Shown here: positions 28,929-42,297 of the stretch, in pieces
How the letters are laid out: each line of letters opens with the position of its first letter
How positions within the stretch are numbered: position 1 is the stretch's first letter
Assembly: GCA_002104945.1 (NCBI GenBank)
Contig: MCFH01000004.1
Coordinates: forward strand, 868,001 to 932,000
Direction: 5' to 3'
Source of the DNA: Piromyces finnis finn
Taxonomy: Eukaryota; Fungi; Neocallimastigomycota
DNA: 64,000 nucleotides
Translations under genes and position numbers: made by a program
The notes under the pieces: model-generated
Databases searched by the model: none
What the model was told of the DNA's origin: nothing
Seen by the model: the letters and a program-made list of their open reading frames with translations, nothing else

Positions 28929-28972
<44 letters not shown>

Positions 28973-29174
28973 GTTAAATAAAAATATAACTTGTGTTGAA
29001 TAAATTTAAAGCATATATATATAAATTCTATATTGTTATTATTATAATTTTTTTTTTTTTTTTTTTTTTTTTTTTGAATGTTAAAATAAATAATGTAAAT
29101 AATAAAAAAAAAGAAAAAATAGGATAAAAAAAAAAAAAGAAATATTAAAAAAAAAGGGTAATATTTAAAAAGAT

Positions 29175-31634
29175 CTATCCGAAAATACGTAAACCATCGT
29201 TAGTTGTTATCTTTCCGTCTTCAGCATTAACTAATTCTAATTGTTCATTATCAGCAGCTTCCTTTTCTTCTTCCTTTACAATGTTTCTGTTGAAGAGACT
29301 CTTAAATAATTCATTGGTCATTTCTTCATGCCAGGTACCCATCTCTATTGGAACCATAAAGTTTTGAATCTTTTCATGTACATGGTATCTAATTTTTCTT
29401 CCTTTACTAGCCTTAGTATCGACAACCTTCTTTTTCTTATTTTGTTGTTGTAATGCCTTAAAAGTAGCCCATTTCATACTTAATGCAATTGGATCATCTT
29501 TTTATTATTATTATTATTTATGTTATAATAATATAAAGAGTTTTTATCAAATAAGATAAAATAAAATGATTATTTCAACAATGTTTCAATAAATAATTAT
29601 AATTTTAGTTTTTTATTTTTTAAATAGTAAAAAAAAAAAAAAAAAAAAAAAATACTAATAAAATTGTTATTGTTATTTATCAGAAAATTACCTGTTTCAG
29701 ACATTCTAGATTCAATTAATTCCTTGAGTAACTGTTGATAGAAATCTGTATCATCGAAAATTTCTGGATCATAATTAGCTAAATGTTCATCAACATGTTC
29801 TTTTTCATCTTCTTTTTTTTCTTCTTCTTGCTATTAATGATTGTATAATTATTGAAATTATTGTTAGATTTATTATTGAATTTTAATTGTTTATTGTTTG
29901 TTATTGACCATTGTAGATAATATTTATTAAAAATGCATTATAACATTATATTATTTTAAATGCCAAAAATATATATAAAAATTTTTTTAAATATATTTTT
30001 AAATTATTAAATAAAATGTACCTTTCCTAATGATTTAAATTCTGATCTTTTAAGTTGAGTTCTTTTTATTAATCTTTCCTTATTAGCTAATAATTGTTCA
30101 ATTTGAGCTACAATACTTTGATTGACAGCTTTAAATTGTTTTTGTATTCCTGATGTTGTTTGGACTTTTTTATTCCATTTTTCTAATGTATTATTTTGAT
30201 ATTTAGCAAAATTGGTATTATATTCATTAATATCTTCCCAAAGTCCTTCTATTAAATCATCATCATCAATTTCTCTTTTTCTCTTTCTGCTTATATTATT
30301 TACTTTTTTTAATTCTTTATTATTTTCTGTTAATTCCTATTTTTTAAATATATATATAATTATACCAAAAAATTAATTCGAATTTTAAATTTATAAATAA
30401 AGAAAAATTATTTTCTATATAATAAATTTAATATATTTTATTTACCATTCTAAGGTCTAATAATTCATTTATTAAATCTAGAGTTTCTTTTTTAGTTTCA
30501 TTAACTTTCTCTTCAGCTTCTTCATTATTGAAATATGAAAATACATCATATTGTGGTAATTGATTTGCTATATTAACAGCTTTTTGAATTCTAATTCTTA
30601 AATCTAATAATGAATCACATAAAGACTATAATTGAAATTATTTAATATATTAATATAAATTAATTACCACATTTTTAATTATTTTCGGTATTTTTTAATT
30701 AAATATAATTTTTTAATCATGTCGCTTACAATTTGTTTTTTAACTTGTTTTCCCTTTTCAATATCTGATTTGATAGATTGTGACATGCTATTAACCATTT
30801 CATTTTGTTCTTTTTCTAATTGTGCAAATTCATCTTTTAATTCATCATTTAAACTATTGTCTTCTTCTTCTAATTCATTATCTTCTTCCTCGTCATCATT
30901 TTCTTCGTCATCCTCTTCTTCATCATCATCATCATCATCATTATTCTCATCCTCTCCATCATCATTCTCTTCTTCAATTTCATTTTCTTCATCAATTTCA
31001 TTTTCTTCATCATCAATTTCATTTTCTTCATTATCAATTTCTTCACTCTGTATAAAAACATAATTTTATATTATTACCATAAGTATATTTATGCTTTTAT
31101 TATTATATTATATATAATATACTACATTTAACAAAATAAATTTTGAATTTTAATTAAATTTTTAATATATACATTAATTTCATCATCATCATCTTCCTCT
31201 TCAGAACTTGAATCTCCATATAATTCCTTTCTTGAACTTTTTTTACCTTGATATTTTTTATCAGTAAGTTCAACTAATTGACTATTCTTTAATTTACTTG
31301 GACTGAATTAATATTATTTATAAATAATTTAATATTATATATATTATATAATTTATTAATTGTATTATATTTGTATGAAATTTAAAAAGTATTAAAAAAA
31401 AGTACGAGCAATAGTAAAAATAAATTATTTAAAAAATATAATTTAAAAATTTAAAATAAAATATTATAATTTATTATTTTTGAAAAATATATACCCAACA
31501 TTGAGGTAATGATCTCTTTCAGCATTTTTTCCATTTAATAAACTTTTTGCTTCATATTCATATTCATCTTCTGGATCTACTTCAGCTGGAGCTGGATTAT
31601 TTAAGGTTTTAAGAAAATCACCTAATGAGGCCAT
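29175..31634 (-). CDS. BFR2: Bfr2/AATF small-subunit processome protein, multi-exon
   Basis: C-terminal TRAUB motif VDTKASKGRKIRYHVHEKIQNFMVP, FDDTDFYQQLLKELIE, an acidic tract and LDLRIRIQKAV. ATG at 31634 (MASLGDFL). Confidence 0.9.
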
Positions 31635-33299
31635 TTCTTATATTCGATATTTAAAATAGTATAAAATATAATTTTTTAAATAATTTTAATTTTTTTTTTT
31701 TAATATTTAAAAAATATTAACCAATGAAATAAAAGTTTTGATCAAGTTTGAAAATGTATACATTAATAGTACAATATTCTAAATGTAATAGAAATTATTT
31801 ATTATTAAATTTATTTTTTATTTAATTAATAAAAGGCAAAAAGTTTTTTTTTTTTTTTATTACTATATTGATTCTGTTTTAATTTCATTTTAGTAATATA
31901 AGTTTATATTATATTTATATTTATGTAGATTTTTAAAACTAGTTATATAAGTTTTTTAAATATTCATTAAAATTAATATAAAATTAAAATAATTAGATAA
32001 TAATAAATATTATAGTACTTTAATACTTCATTTTTTTTAATTGGTAAAACTAACATTAATATAAACACTTTTTAGGCATTCAATATTTTTTACTTTGCTA
32101 TTTACATATTTACATATTTATTATAATATTTACAATTAAATACATATATACAATTATTTATATATAAAGTAAAAATTATTTTACATAATATAAATAATAC
32201 AACTATTTACTAACTATATACAATATATACAGTTTTTACACTATATATATTTATAGATATAGTACAACTGCGCTCTATAATTCAATAATTCAATATAAAA
32301 TAAATTATTATATATATAATATATTGAATTTTTAGATGGCAAGCTTAAGAAGTTGAGGTTGTTACAACAAAAAAATGATTAATACTCTTACAAATTATAT
32401 TCTTAATTTTTTGTTTCTTTTATATTCAGAATATATTGCAAATATCATCAAATTCATCTTTAACCCAAATATACCTATTCTTTTCATTCTATTCTAAGAT
32501 ACTAAAAAATCTTGAATACTATATATATTTTAGATATAATTCAAGATTCATCTTAATAATGAAATTAGGAATTTTTATTTGGATTATATATTATATTGAT
32601 GATTGTCCTGCAATAAAAAAGGATTATACCTTTTTTTTTAGTAGACACATGAGATTATATTTTTATCTCAAGATAGCAAAATATTCTTTTGAATATTTGA
32701 AAAGAAACAATTGTAATTTATGAATAATAATGTGAAAAGAGTTTATAAATTTATAATTTTGTTGTTAAGGGTGTTTTGTAAATTAATATTAAAGAATTTT
32801 CATAATCTTTAAAAATTAATATAAATATGTATTTGGATAATTGTGGGATTAGTGATATAGAGTACATGTTTTGTCGTATTTACAAATATATACAATTTAA
32901 AATGGATTTATATGATGAATAATAGTGTATTGATAGGATATTATTGTCTTGTTTTACTTTATAAAGTTTTGGAATTATATTACATAATTTTTTAAATATA
33001 TTACAGATTGAAAATTCATTTTATTTAAGTCGACCAGTTTAATACCTTTAGACTTTCCTATTTAGAATTTTCAATATTTTAGAAATCTATTTACAGTCGA
33101 GAGTGATTCTCTCAATATATACATTTTTTCATTTTAATTTTTTGATGGCTATTTGTTGAAAGGTATATATATATTACTGGAATTTTTGATGATTTTTTTT
33201 TTAATGAAATATAAATACCGCTCAGTGTATATAAGCATAGTATATTGCAACAGAAAGGTATAACATTAAATTATATTAAAGTAATGTAGGTTATAAACT

Positions 33300-34400
33300 G
33301 TTATATATACAAATATTTACAAATCAATAAACAAGTCATATTGATAAATATGGAAACAATTTCTTATGTACATGATATATATATATAACCATGTTGATAA
33401 ATATGGATGATTTACTTTTTATATCTTACGGCTGATAAGCTATTAAATTAAATTAATAATGATTATTTACAAATATGATATATATACAGAGTTATTAACA
33501 GTTGAGTTAATATATACAGTAGACTTATTTACATTTATTTACATCAATCTTCGATTATTTAAAAAGATAATATGTACAGAGTTATTTACAGTTTAAGTTG
33601 TTCATACTAATTATTTACAGAGATTAATAATATACAGAGTTATTTACAATTTTAAGTTATTCACATTATTTACAAGGATTAATATACAGGGCTATTTACA
33701 TTGCAGAATTGTTTAGAAGCAACTATTTACAAATTTTCATCTATATTACAGTGGTTATTTACAGATGTTGAAAAAAATGGTTATTCATTGGTGGTCATAT
33801 TTTACAGTGATTATATACAATTATTTACAAATGTTGAAAAATATGGTTATTCATGAGAGGTTAATTTATACATATTTTACAGTAATTATTTACATTGGTT
33901 ATATACAAATGTTTTTGAATATAGAAGTTATTTACATATAATTTACAGTGATTATTTACAATTGTTGAAATATAGAATGGCTATTAATGAGGTTATTTAT
34001 ACATAATTTACAATGATTATTTACAATTGTGGTGGAAGATATATGGTAGTTTTATAGAGAATTATATACATAATATAATTGTGAAATATTTACATCAATG
34101 ATATACAACTATATACAGTTTTGCACAATATACAGATTTTGTTTTGATTAATTATGGTACAAGTTCATTTTCTTATTATAATAAGAATAGCTACTATACA
34201 ATATATTACAATTATTTATGGATTATTTGAAATGGGATATCATTATATACAACTTGTTTGTTTATAGTGATATATGGATAATTATTGATAAATAATGGTA
34301 AATGTTGAATTTATATTTACAACATATATTTACAGCATTTATTTACAGGTAGAATACAATATATACAGAGTATAATATTTACAAGGGTATTTTACAATGA
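33300..34400 (+). repeat. Degenerate minisatellite built on TATTTACA/TATACA motifs
   Basis: Hand count of about 22 TATTTAC, all on +. A ~63-65-bp higher-order unit repeats about 4 times at ~33760-34030. Confidence 0.8.
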
Positions 34401-34574
34401 CTAATTATACAAAATATATACAGGGTCATTAACTGTTTCATTAGTTGTTCCCAATTTTTAATTAAGATATAATTTTTATTTCAGAAAAAGACATAGTTTT
34501 TCATAATAAAAAATGATATAAATTAAAAATTAGAAAGTAACAACACGAAACATATACTGTTAACGGCCAATATG

Positions 34575-34719
34575 GTTTACTTATTTTTTGATATTTCCTT
34601 TTATTTAAGGAGTTTCCTTCTAATTAAAATGTTTCAATAAATATTTTATAATTTATTTAAAACATTTTAAGGAAATATTAAAATAAGTAAACTGATATAC
34701 AATTGTAGAAGGAAACTCC
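34575..34719. repeat. Three-arm imperfect inverted repeat
   Basis: gtttacttattt..atatttcctt pairs with aaggaaatattaaaataagtaaac; ggagtttccttcta with tagaaggaaactcc; aaaatgttt.aataaat with atttatttaaaacatttt. Confidence 0.75.
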
Positions 34720-36592
34720 GAAAAAATAAAAAAGCTCGAACAATTTGATGTTTTTATATAATTTTTTTTTGTACTAATTAATTATTATTTATTATATTTA
34801 CATATTTACTTTTTCATTTTCAAAATGGTTGCACTAATTTCTATTTTTAATTCTTTTCAATATATTTATTTTTTTTAATATATTAAATGTTTAAACCCAT
34901 TTATAGACTAAGCGGTGAATTGATTAACATTTCTATAATTTATTAAAAACTATTAAAATTAGTACGACTTTTAATTAACTTTTTCGTATTAATATATTTA
35001 TTTATTTTAATAGAAATTAATTATTCATAATAATATTAAAGTAAATATATATAAAAATAGCTTTAAAACTATATTTAGTAATACATAATATCAATAATTT
35101 TTTTTATGTTGTTTAATTATAAAGTTTTTTTTTTATTATGGTTATTAATAACATGTAATTTTGCATTATGCTATATTAGATGTCATATTTTTAATATAAA
35201 AATAATGATTAATTTACTATAAAAAAAAGTTTAATATAATTATTTTGTAAAAATATATCTTTTAATAAAGCTTATTTTAAACAAGATAAAATAAAAATAA
35301 ATGATTGTTTAATTAAGAAAAAAAATAATAAATTATCCAAAATTATTTAAAAGTTAATCTATATTTAATAGATAATAATAAAATAATAACCATAATATTT
35401 AAATTTAATATACTAAAAAGCACTAAAAAAGTATTTTTTAATTTTTTTTAGGCATAAAGAACTTATTAAATATTATTACAAATAATACTTTTTTTTTTTT
35501 TTTGTGTTTTGAAAACGAATCTAAAGAACGAAACTAAAAATTAACTATGGTTTTATTAAAAAAAAAAGTTAGTAATTATTAATTTCATTGTTTATTAAAT
35601 GTTTAATAGATGAAAGTGTGAGTAATACTTTTATCATATAAAAGATATTTTATTTTAAGAAAATATCTTTTTTTTTTTTTTTTTTTATTTTCTAATAAAA
35701 AACTTAATTTTTATTAGTTTTTATTTAAATAATATAAGCATTTTCATTTTTAATAAAAGTTACATTATAAATATTGATAATGGAAATTTTTATTTAAAAG
35801 AGATATTAGTATCATTTATATATAATAAAAAATAAAAAAAAAAGTAAATAATAAAATATATACATATATAAAAGGCATTTAAAGTGTATACTCTATTATT
35901 TCTATATGAGTGTAAATGTATTCATTTATAGTTTTACCAATTATTTTTAAAAAATATTAATTATTAATATAATAGTAAATAAAAGAAATGAAAGGACTTT
36001 TTATTCTTATTTAGTTTTATATATTAAAGAAAATAAAAGTTACTTATGATTTTAAAATTTGTAAATAATAATTATATTATGCCAAATATATTTATTAACA
36101 GATGAAAAATAAACGAATTGTTATTTAAAATTTAGTATAAACAGACGAATTAAAAATCAATATAATGTACCTAAAAAGGTTTATTAAATTAGATTGACTG
36201 TTATTCTAATTTTTTTTTTTTTTTAATAATGCTTAATTTTAATCGAATAAACATTTTTATAAAACAGAATGGAACATAAAAATTCTTTATATATTCTATT
36301 TTTATATGCATGTAATAATAATATTAATAATAATAACTATACAAATTATAATAACAATTACAATAGAAACTACAATAATATAATTAAAATTAATAATTAA
36401 AGAAAAAAAAAAATTAAAAATCATTAAAATTAAAACAAAAGTGAAAAATTAATAAAATTGAAAGTAAAAAAAAAAATAATCCGATTTCCGTTGAAAAAAT
36501 TAAAAATATCGTTTTCTCAATAAAGAATAATAAGGTTTCACATAGTATTTCAATAAAATTTCTAAAAAATTTTTTTTTCTTATTATCAAAAA

Positions 36593-36782
36593 CAATGGAG
36601 ATCATAATTTTGTCCCATGAAAAAAATTTGATCTTTGGCTCAGTGTCCCATTGAAAGTCAAATACAATTATTATATTTTAATATAATAGTAACCTTCTTG
36701 CTTTAATTAAAATTACTAGAATACATTATACCTGATTTTTATTCATTTGTGTTTATTTAAACATATTTTTTTTTTATTTTTA
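36593..36782 (+). mobile_element. Short diverged LINE family-1 3'-end fragment
   Basis: aatggagatcataattttgtcccatga...gatctttggctcagtgtcccattgaaagtcaaatac...tttaaacatattttt aligns to 28667-28850. No poly(A) is visible. Confidence 0.88.
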
Positions 36783-37588
36783 TACTTAATCTTAAAAGAG
36801 AAAATCTGATGGAAACTTTAAATTATTTTCAATAAAATGTGGAATATTTTTCTTTATAACTAATATTTCTCTAATAATCATTATTAGTACTTTTAATAAA
36901 TTAGTAATTAATAATTTCATTGTTTATTAAATGTTTATTTAAAAAACAAATAGAAATCATATCAATAATTGTCTATTAAATGTAATTTATAAAATCATAT
37001 CAACAATTCCATTGTCTATTAAATGCTTAAAATGAAAGTGTGAAAATACCATTTACTCAATAATAATTAATAAATATAGCGCTTGTATTTATTAAAAATG
37101 TTTATTTACTTATTTTAAATAAGAGTATAAAAACATATTTAAATTATAATAAATTGTTTAAATATCGTATATTTTATAATTGAAATTATAATAAATTGTT
37201 TAAATATCGTATATTTTATAATTGAAATTTTTTTAGTGTTAAATATTAATTATAATTTTAATTATTTTTAAGGTTTTTAATTATGGTTATTTTGGTAATA
37301 ATTAAAGTTTTTAAATTATTTAAATATTTTTGTTTTCTTTTCTTAAAACAAAAAAGTTTTTATGTATGATAATATTGTAAAATTTTAAAATCAAGATTTA
37401 TACTAAAGAATACAAAACTTTTACAACTACTGAATAGTTTAATAATATAATAAACAAAAAATATCCATAAAAACAATATAATATACAGGAACAAGAATTA
37501 TAATTATAATAATAAAAAAAAAATAAATAAATACTTTGGTTATTAAAATTTTTTAAATAGTAAAGGAAAAAAACACATATACATCAAA

Positions 37589-38065
37589 ATGAGATATTTT
37601 GTTTTTTTAATAATTATATTATATGTAGTTACACTTTCTTATTCTCTTTTAGTTCTTACACCAATTGTATATAATAGTAAAGATGGGGATATTTCAGAAA
37701 ATTGTCATAAATATTTAAAAAAGTATAATGAAATGGTCAACGATTGCGCAAATGATAAATGTATAAATGATTTTTCAGAATTATTTATTGAAGATGTAGG
37801 AGATAATTGTAATAATAATGATATTGATAAAAAAATATACGAACAAATCGAAAGCACTTTTTTATTTAATTCTATTTCTAAACTAGAAGTTGATGGAATG
37901 AGTTGTAGCATATATAGTATTAATTTTGGTCAATCCATTGAAAGCCGTTGTAAATGTATGAAGAAGATGATAGATTATTTAGAAGATTATACAACTAAAC
38001 ATGAAAATTCAATAATAATTAATTCAATAAATGATTTCAAATTAGAAATTTTAGAAATTTGTTAA
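37589..38065 (+). CDS. Small secreted cysteine-rich protein, 158 aa, unknown function
   Basis: Hydrophobic signal-like N-terminus MRYFVFLIIILYVVTLSYS, 8 Cys, and a stop-free ORF inside otherwise non-coding AT-rich DNA. Confidence 0.65.
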   Translation: MRYFVFLIIILYVVTLSYSLLVLTPIVYNSKDGDISENCHKYLKKYNEMVNDCANDKCINDFSELFIEDVGDNCNNNDIDKKIYEQIESTFLFNSISKLEVDGMSCSIYSINFGQSIESRCKCMKKMIDYLEDYTTKHENSIIINSINDFKLEILEIC

Positions 38066-39522
38066 TAAAATTTGAAAATATATTTAGTATGTATAATAAA
38101 GGCGTTTTGTTCTTTATAAACATAATAAATTGATTATAGCAAAAAAATTTTATTAAAGTAAATATTAAATTCGTTTTTTTTTAAAAAAACATTTAAAAAT
38201 TATGTTAATTTTCAATGCAACATTTTAACTATTTGAAGAATTATTGTAGAGTGTAGTGTTTTTTATAATATAATATTTAGTATTATAATATTGTGGTATG
38301 AGAAAATATATTATTTTGAAATTAGTATTTTGTTTCATATATTAATTATTCTTACTTTTTTTTTTTAGTTAAAAGAAAAATCAATAACATTTAAACTTAA
38401 ATATTTTATATATTTAGTAAAAGTATTATTTTATTAAGTATTTAAGATTAATCTTTTTTACGATTTTCGATTTTAATTATTTCTACTTTATAAAAAATTG
38501 GTTCACCTAAAGTCTTTGCATCTTAATTGAATAAAGTAATATTTTATTTAAATTTATATTTATTCATTCACTTATATATTTAAAAGGTATTTTTAATAAA
38601 ATGTGCTATTTTTTAGTAAAGGAATATTAGGAATGTACATTTCATTTAAGATTTCAATTGTACACAAAGGAAAAGACTTAACACATATATTCCATTATAC
38701 TTTAATTTGTGGGTTTGTTTTATTATTATATTATTAAAGTTTAAATGAAAAGATTTGAAATAATTTATGTATATTGTATATATTGTATATATAAAATAAA
38801 AAATGAATCATTTATTAATTATAATTATATTATAATATATTTATAACATATAAAAACTAATTAATTAATATTTGTATGTAATATATTACATTTTTTTTTT
38901 AAATTTCTATCTAAAATAATTTTATACCAAATTATTATTAATGAATATAAAAGATCGATGAATTAATTTAATATATTGCACATTATTATTATTAATTAAT
39001 TTTTGTATTTACCCATATATTAATGTAAATTATTTTTTTTAGTGTAATAATTTAAAATTTAAAAAAAAAAAAAAAAAAATCAATGAAAATTTAAAAAAAT
39101 AATAACAACAAAAAATAAAGAACAAATTGAAAGTAAAATTTAAACATTTAATAATACAAAGTAGATTAGAGTATTTTAAAAATAAAAAAGTAGTAATAAA
39201 ACATTAAAAGAAAAAAAAACAATTAATGAAATTTTATTATTATAATACATTTTCTTTAATTTAGTATTTTTTTTTAAAAAATAAAAAAAAGAAATATTAA
39301 GACAATTAAAGTATTAACATAACATCAAATATATAATAGAAAATCTATACTATATTTAATTAACAAACAAAATTAAAAAAAAAAAAAAGAAAATATAAAA
39401 ATAAAGAGATTAAAAAAAGAATAATAGAATTAAAAATAATAAATCAATAATATATAAAAAAATAAATATTTTGAATAAACAACAAAAACAATAACAATAA
39501 TAATAATAGCAACAAAATAAAT

Positions 39523-40923
39523 ATGAATAATAACAATAATATTAAATATAACAATAACTATCAAAGAGTAGTTTCAAATTCACCTACTCTTTCAGAATCA
39601 TCAAATTTATCATCAAATACCTTAATTAATATTGATGATTCTGACGAACAAACTTTGATAAATTTTGGTGTAAATAAAAAGACAGAATACTTAAAAACTT
39701 ATCAAAATAATAATAGTAAAACTTTAATAAAGGATGCTATCAATAAATATATATCATTTAATGTCTTAAAACTAGGATTTCTTATTATAGGATGGTATTG
39801 TGCTTCTGCTTTTCATAGCAACTATCAAAAAAAGGTGTTAAAACAATACAAACATCCATTTACTATAACTTATTTACAATTTTTAAGTATTGTATTTTAC
39901 AGTGGAATTAGTCATTTCGCTGGATTTACTAAACTTCAAAAAATTTCAAAATATGTAGTTAAACAAACTCTTCCATTGAGTATGTTTCAAATTTTTGGAC
40001 ATTTATTAAATACTTTTGCTTTATCTTTAGTATCTGTTAATTTTGTTCAAACCATCAAGGTAAATAGTATTGTAAAATTAAAAAATAATAATTTTGTAAT
40101 TTTGTGTATTTAAATATATCTAAATGTTAAACTCTTTTCTAATGCAATATATGAATATATTTATTAAATATTAAAGGCATTAAGTCCGTTATTTATTATC
40201 GGTATCTATAGTATATTTTTCCATGAAAAATATTCTAAACAAACCTATTTTTCATTAATACCTTTAGTATTTGGTGTGATGTTAGTATGTTTCAACAAAA
40301 GCAGTTTTAATATTATTGGTTTTCTTTGTGCATTCTTTTCATGTTTTATCTTCGCACTTCAAAATATTTTCACTAAAAAAGTATTATCAAATTATAAATC
40401 CAAATCAGAAAAACTTGATAAATTCAATGTATTATTTTATTTTTCATTACAAGCCTTTATTCTTTTAACTCCATGGTGGTTTAAAGTAGAGGGATATCAA
40501 CTTTTCTTAAGTGGTGAAGAAAATGGATTAAGAGTAGGAGAAGATGTCAATAAAGCTATGTTGTTATTTAATATTATTATTAATTCAATTTTCAATTTCT
40601 GTCAAAGTTGTTTTGCTTTTACACTCATTCATCATGTCAATCCAGTTACATACAGTATTACTGGTTTAGTAAAACGTATTTTTGTAATATTAGTCTCTCT
40701 AATATTCTTTGGTGATAGTGTTACTTTAATTCAAGGTATTGGTATCACTATTACTTTTATTGGTTTATTCTTGTATAATAATGCAAGACATGCTTCATCA
40801 TCAAATAAAAATGATGAAAGTTTAAAAGCGCCAAAAAGAACTTTCTCATTAAGACGTTTTATTTATTCAAAGAATATATTACCAATATCAAGTAAAGAAT
40901 CTGATATAGAAAAATCGCAATAA
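39523..40923 (+). CDS. Triose-phosphate/nucleotide-sugar transporter family protein (TPT/SLC35E-like); exons 39523-40059 and 40177-40923
   Basis: WY..SAF....KK.LK...HP..ITY.QF and SL.SV.FVQTIK|ALSP joined across a GT-AG intron, QNIFTKK, and VNPVTYSITGLVKRIFVI. Multiple TM segments. Confidence 0.9.
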
Positions 40924-42297
40924 ATCCATTTCTTTCCGATTTTACAAAATTTTTATAAAAGAATTTTTTATTTATAAATATGATGTCATGAAAGGATAAT
41001 AGAAATATAATCACAGTAATAATAAGCAAAATAATCACATAATTATAATAATTGTAATAATGAAAATAGAAATATAATTATATAGATATATTTATATTTT
41101 TCATTATCATTTAAAGTATAGACAAAGAAAACAAGACAACTTTGTATATACAATTAATTTTTATTTTTTACAGAAAGAAAAAAAAAAAAAAAAAGCATAT
41201 TAATGATAATATATATATTATCGAAAATTACATATATACTTTATAGAATATTATTATAATAATAGATGAAGTATATATAGCTATTTATATAATTGGATTT
41301 AATTAGCATTAATCTAAATTTATTAATATATACCTTTTTAATAATATAGAAACTGGGGTAATTTATTCAATTAGTTAAAAAGTAGAATAATAATTAAATA
41401 AATATATATTAAAACAATTTTATACATTAGTATTATAAAAGTTAAAATAATCATTACTATAATAATATAGTATTAAAAAAAAAAAAAAAAATAAATAAAT
41501 AATTTAAAAAAGCTATAATAATTAACCATAATATCAAAGTAAAAATTGTGGCGTTGTTATTTGTAATATAAAAATTATTGTAATAATGACTATATAAAAG
41601 TTAATACTACCTTTAATGTAACATTATAAAAAAAATTTGAAAGATGTTACCCTTTTGCATAAAAATTTGTTTAATATTAGTGAATATGTAATTTTTAAAT
41701 GATAATTATTTTTTTAAGATTACTTAATTTATTATTAACAGCATATACAAATTAAAGTGTCGAGGGAAAAATTATTTAACAACAAAAATACTTGCAAACT
41801 CTAAAAATGTAATTTACTTTTGGATTATCAAGAAATAAAAAAAAATTTTTTTTTAATATAAAATATTTAATTATGCATAATTGGTAAAATAAAATAAATA
41901 AATTATTAATGTATAGAAATTCATAATTAAAAAAAAATTGAAAAAAAATTTTTTTTTTATGTGTTTTTTCTTTTATTTATTGTTTTACCTATTCACAGGC
42001 TTTATTTTTTAATATTTATTATAGTACTTTTTTTTTTTTCATAAAAAAGAAGGAATTTATGTTATATCAACAAAGATTTTATCTAGAAAAGAAAAACAAA
42101 AGTTGATATGTGTGATTAATAAATTTAAAAAATAAAATTAAAATTTTCTATTAAAGAAGAAAAAAGAAAAAGAAAAATAGGCATTCTATACATATATACA
42201 TTATAATAAACTGACTATCAATAATACTAATAGTCTAATAGTACTAATAATAAATTGTATAAAAAAGAATATTTATATTTAAAAAGATAAAAAAAAA

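Larger units (their letters stand above)
23275..28967 (+). mobile_element. Full-length non-LTR retrotransposon, family 1, copy A
   Basis: About 0.9-kb 5' leader, a single 4.5-kb ORF, ~240-bp 3' UTR and a 36-nt poly(A). A 15-bp TSD atcttagttaaataa lies at 23260-23274 and 28967-28981. Confidence 0.97.

Noticed and set aside
30719-31063. Ser-rich or His-rich plus-strand ORFs
   Set aside because: They are antisense to the acidic Asp/Glu exon of BFR2.
32330-33200. Mutator-type transposase remnant on the minus strand (IVYICKYDKTC...HNYP-like stretch)
   Set aside because: Too many stops and too little similarity to support by eye; it needs tBLASTn/HMM.
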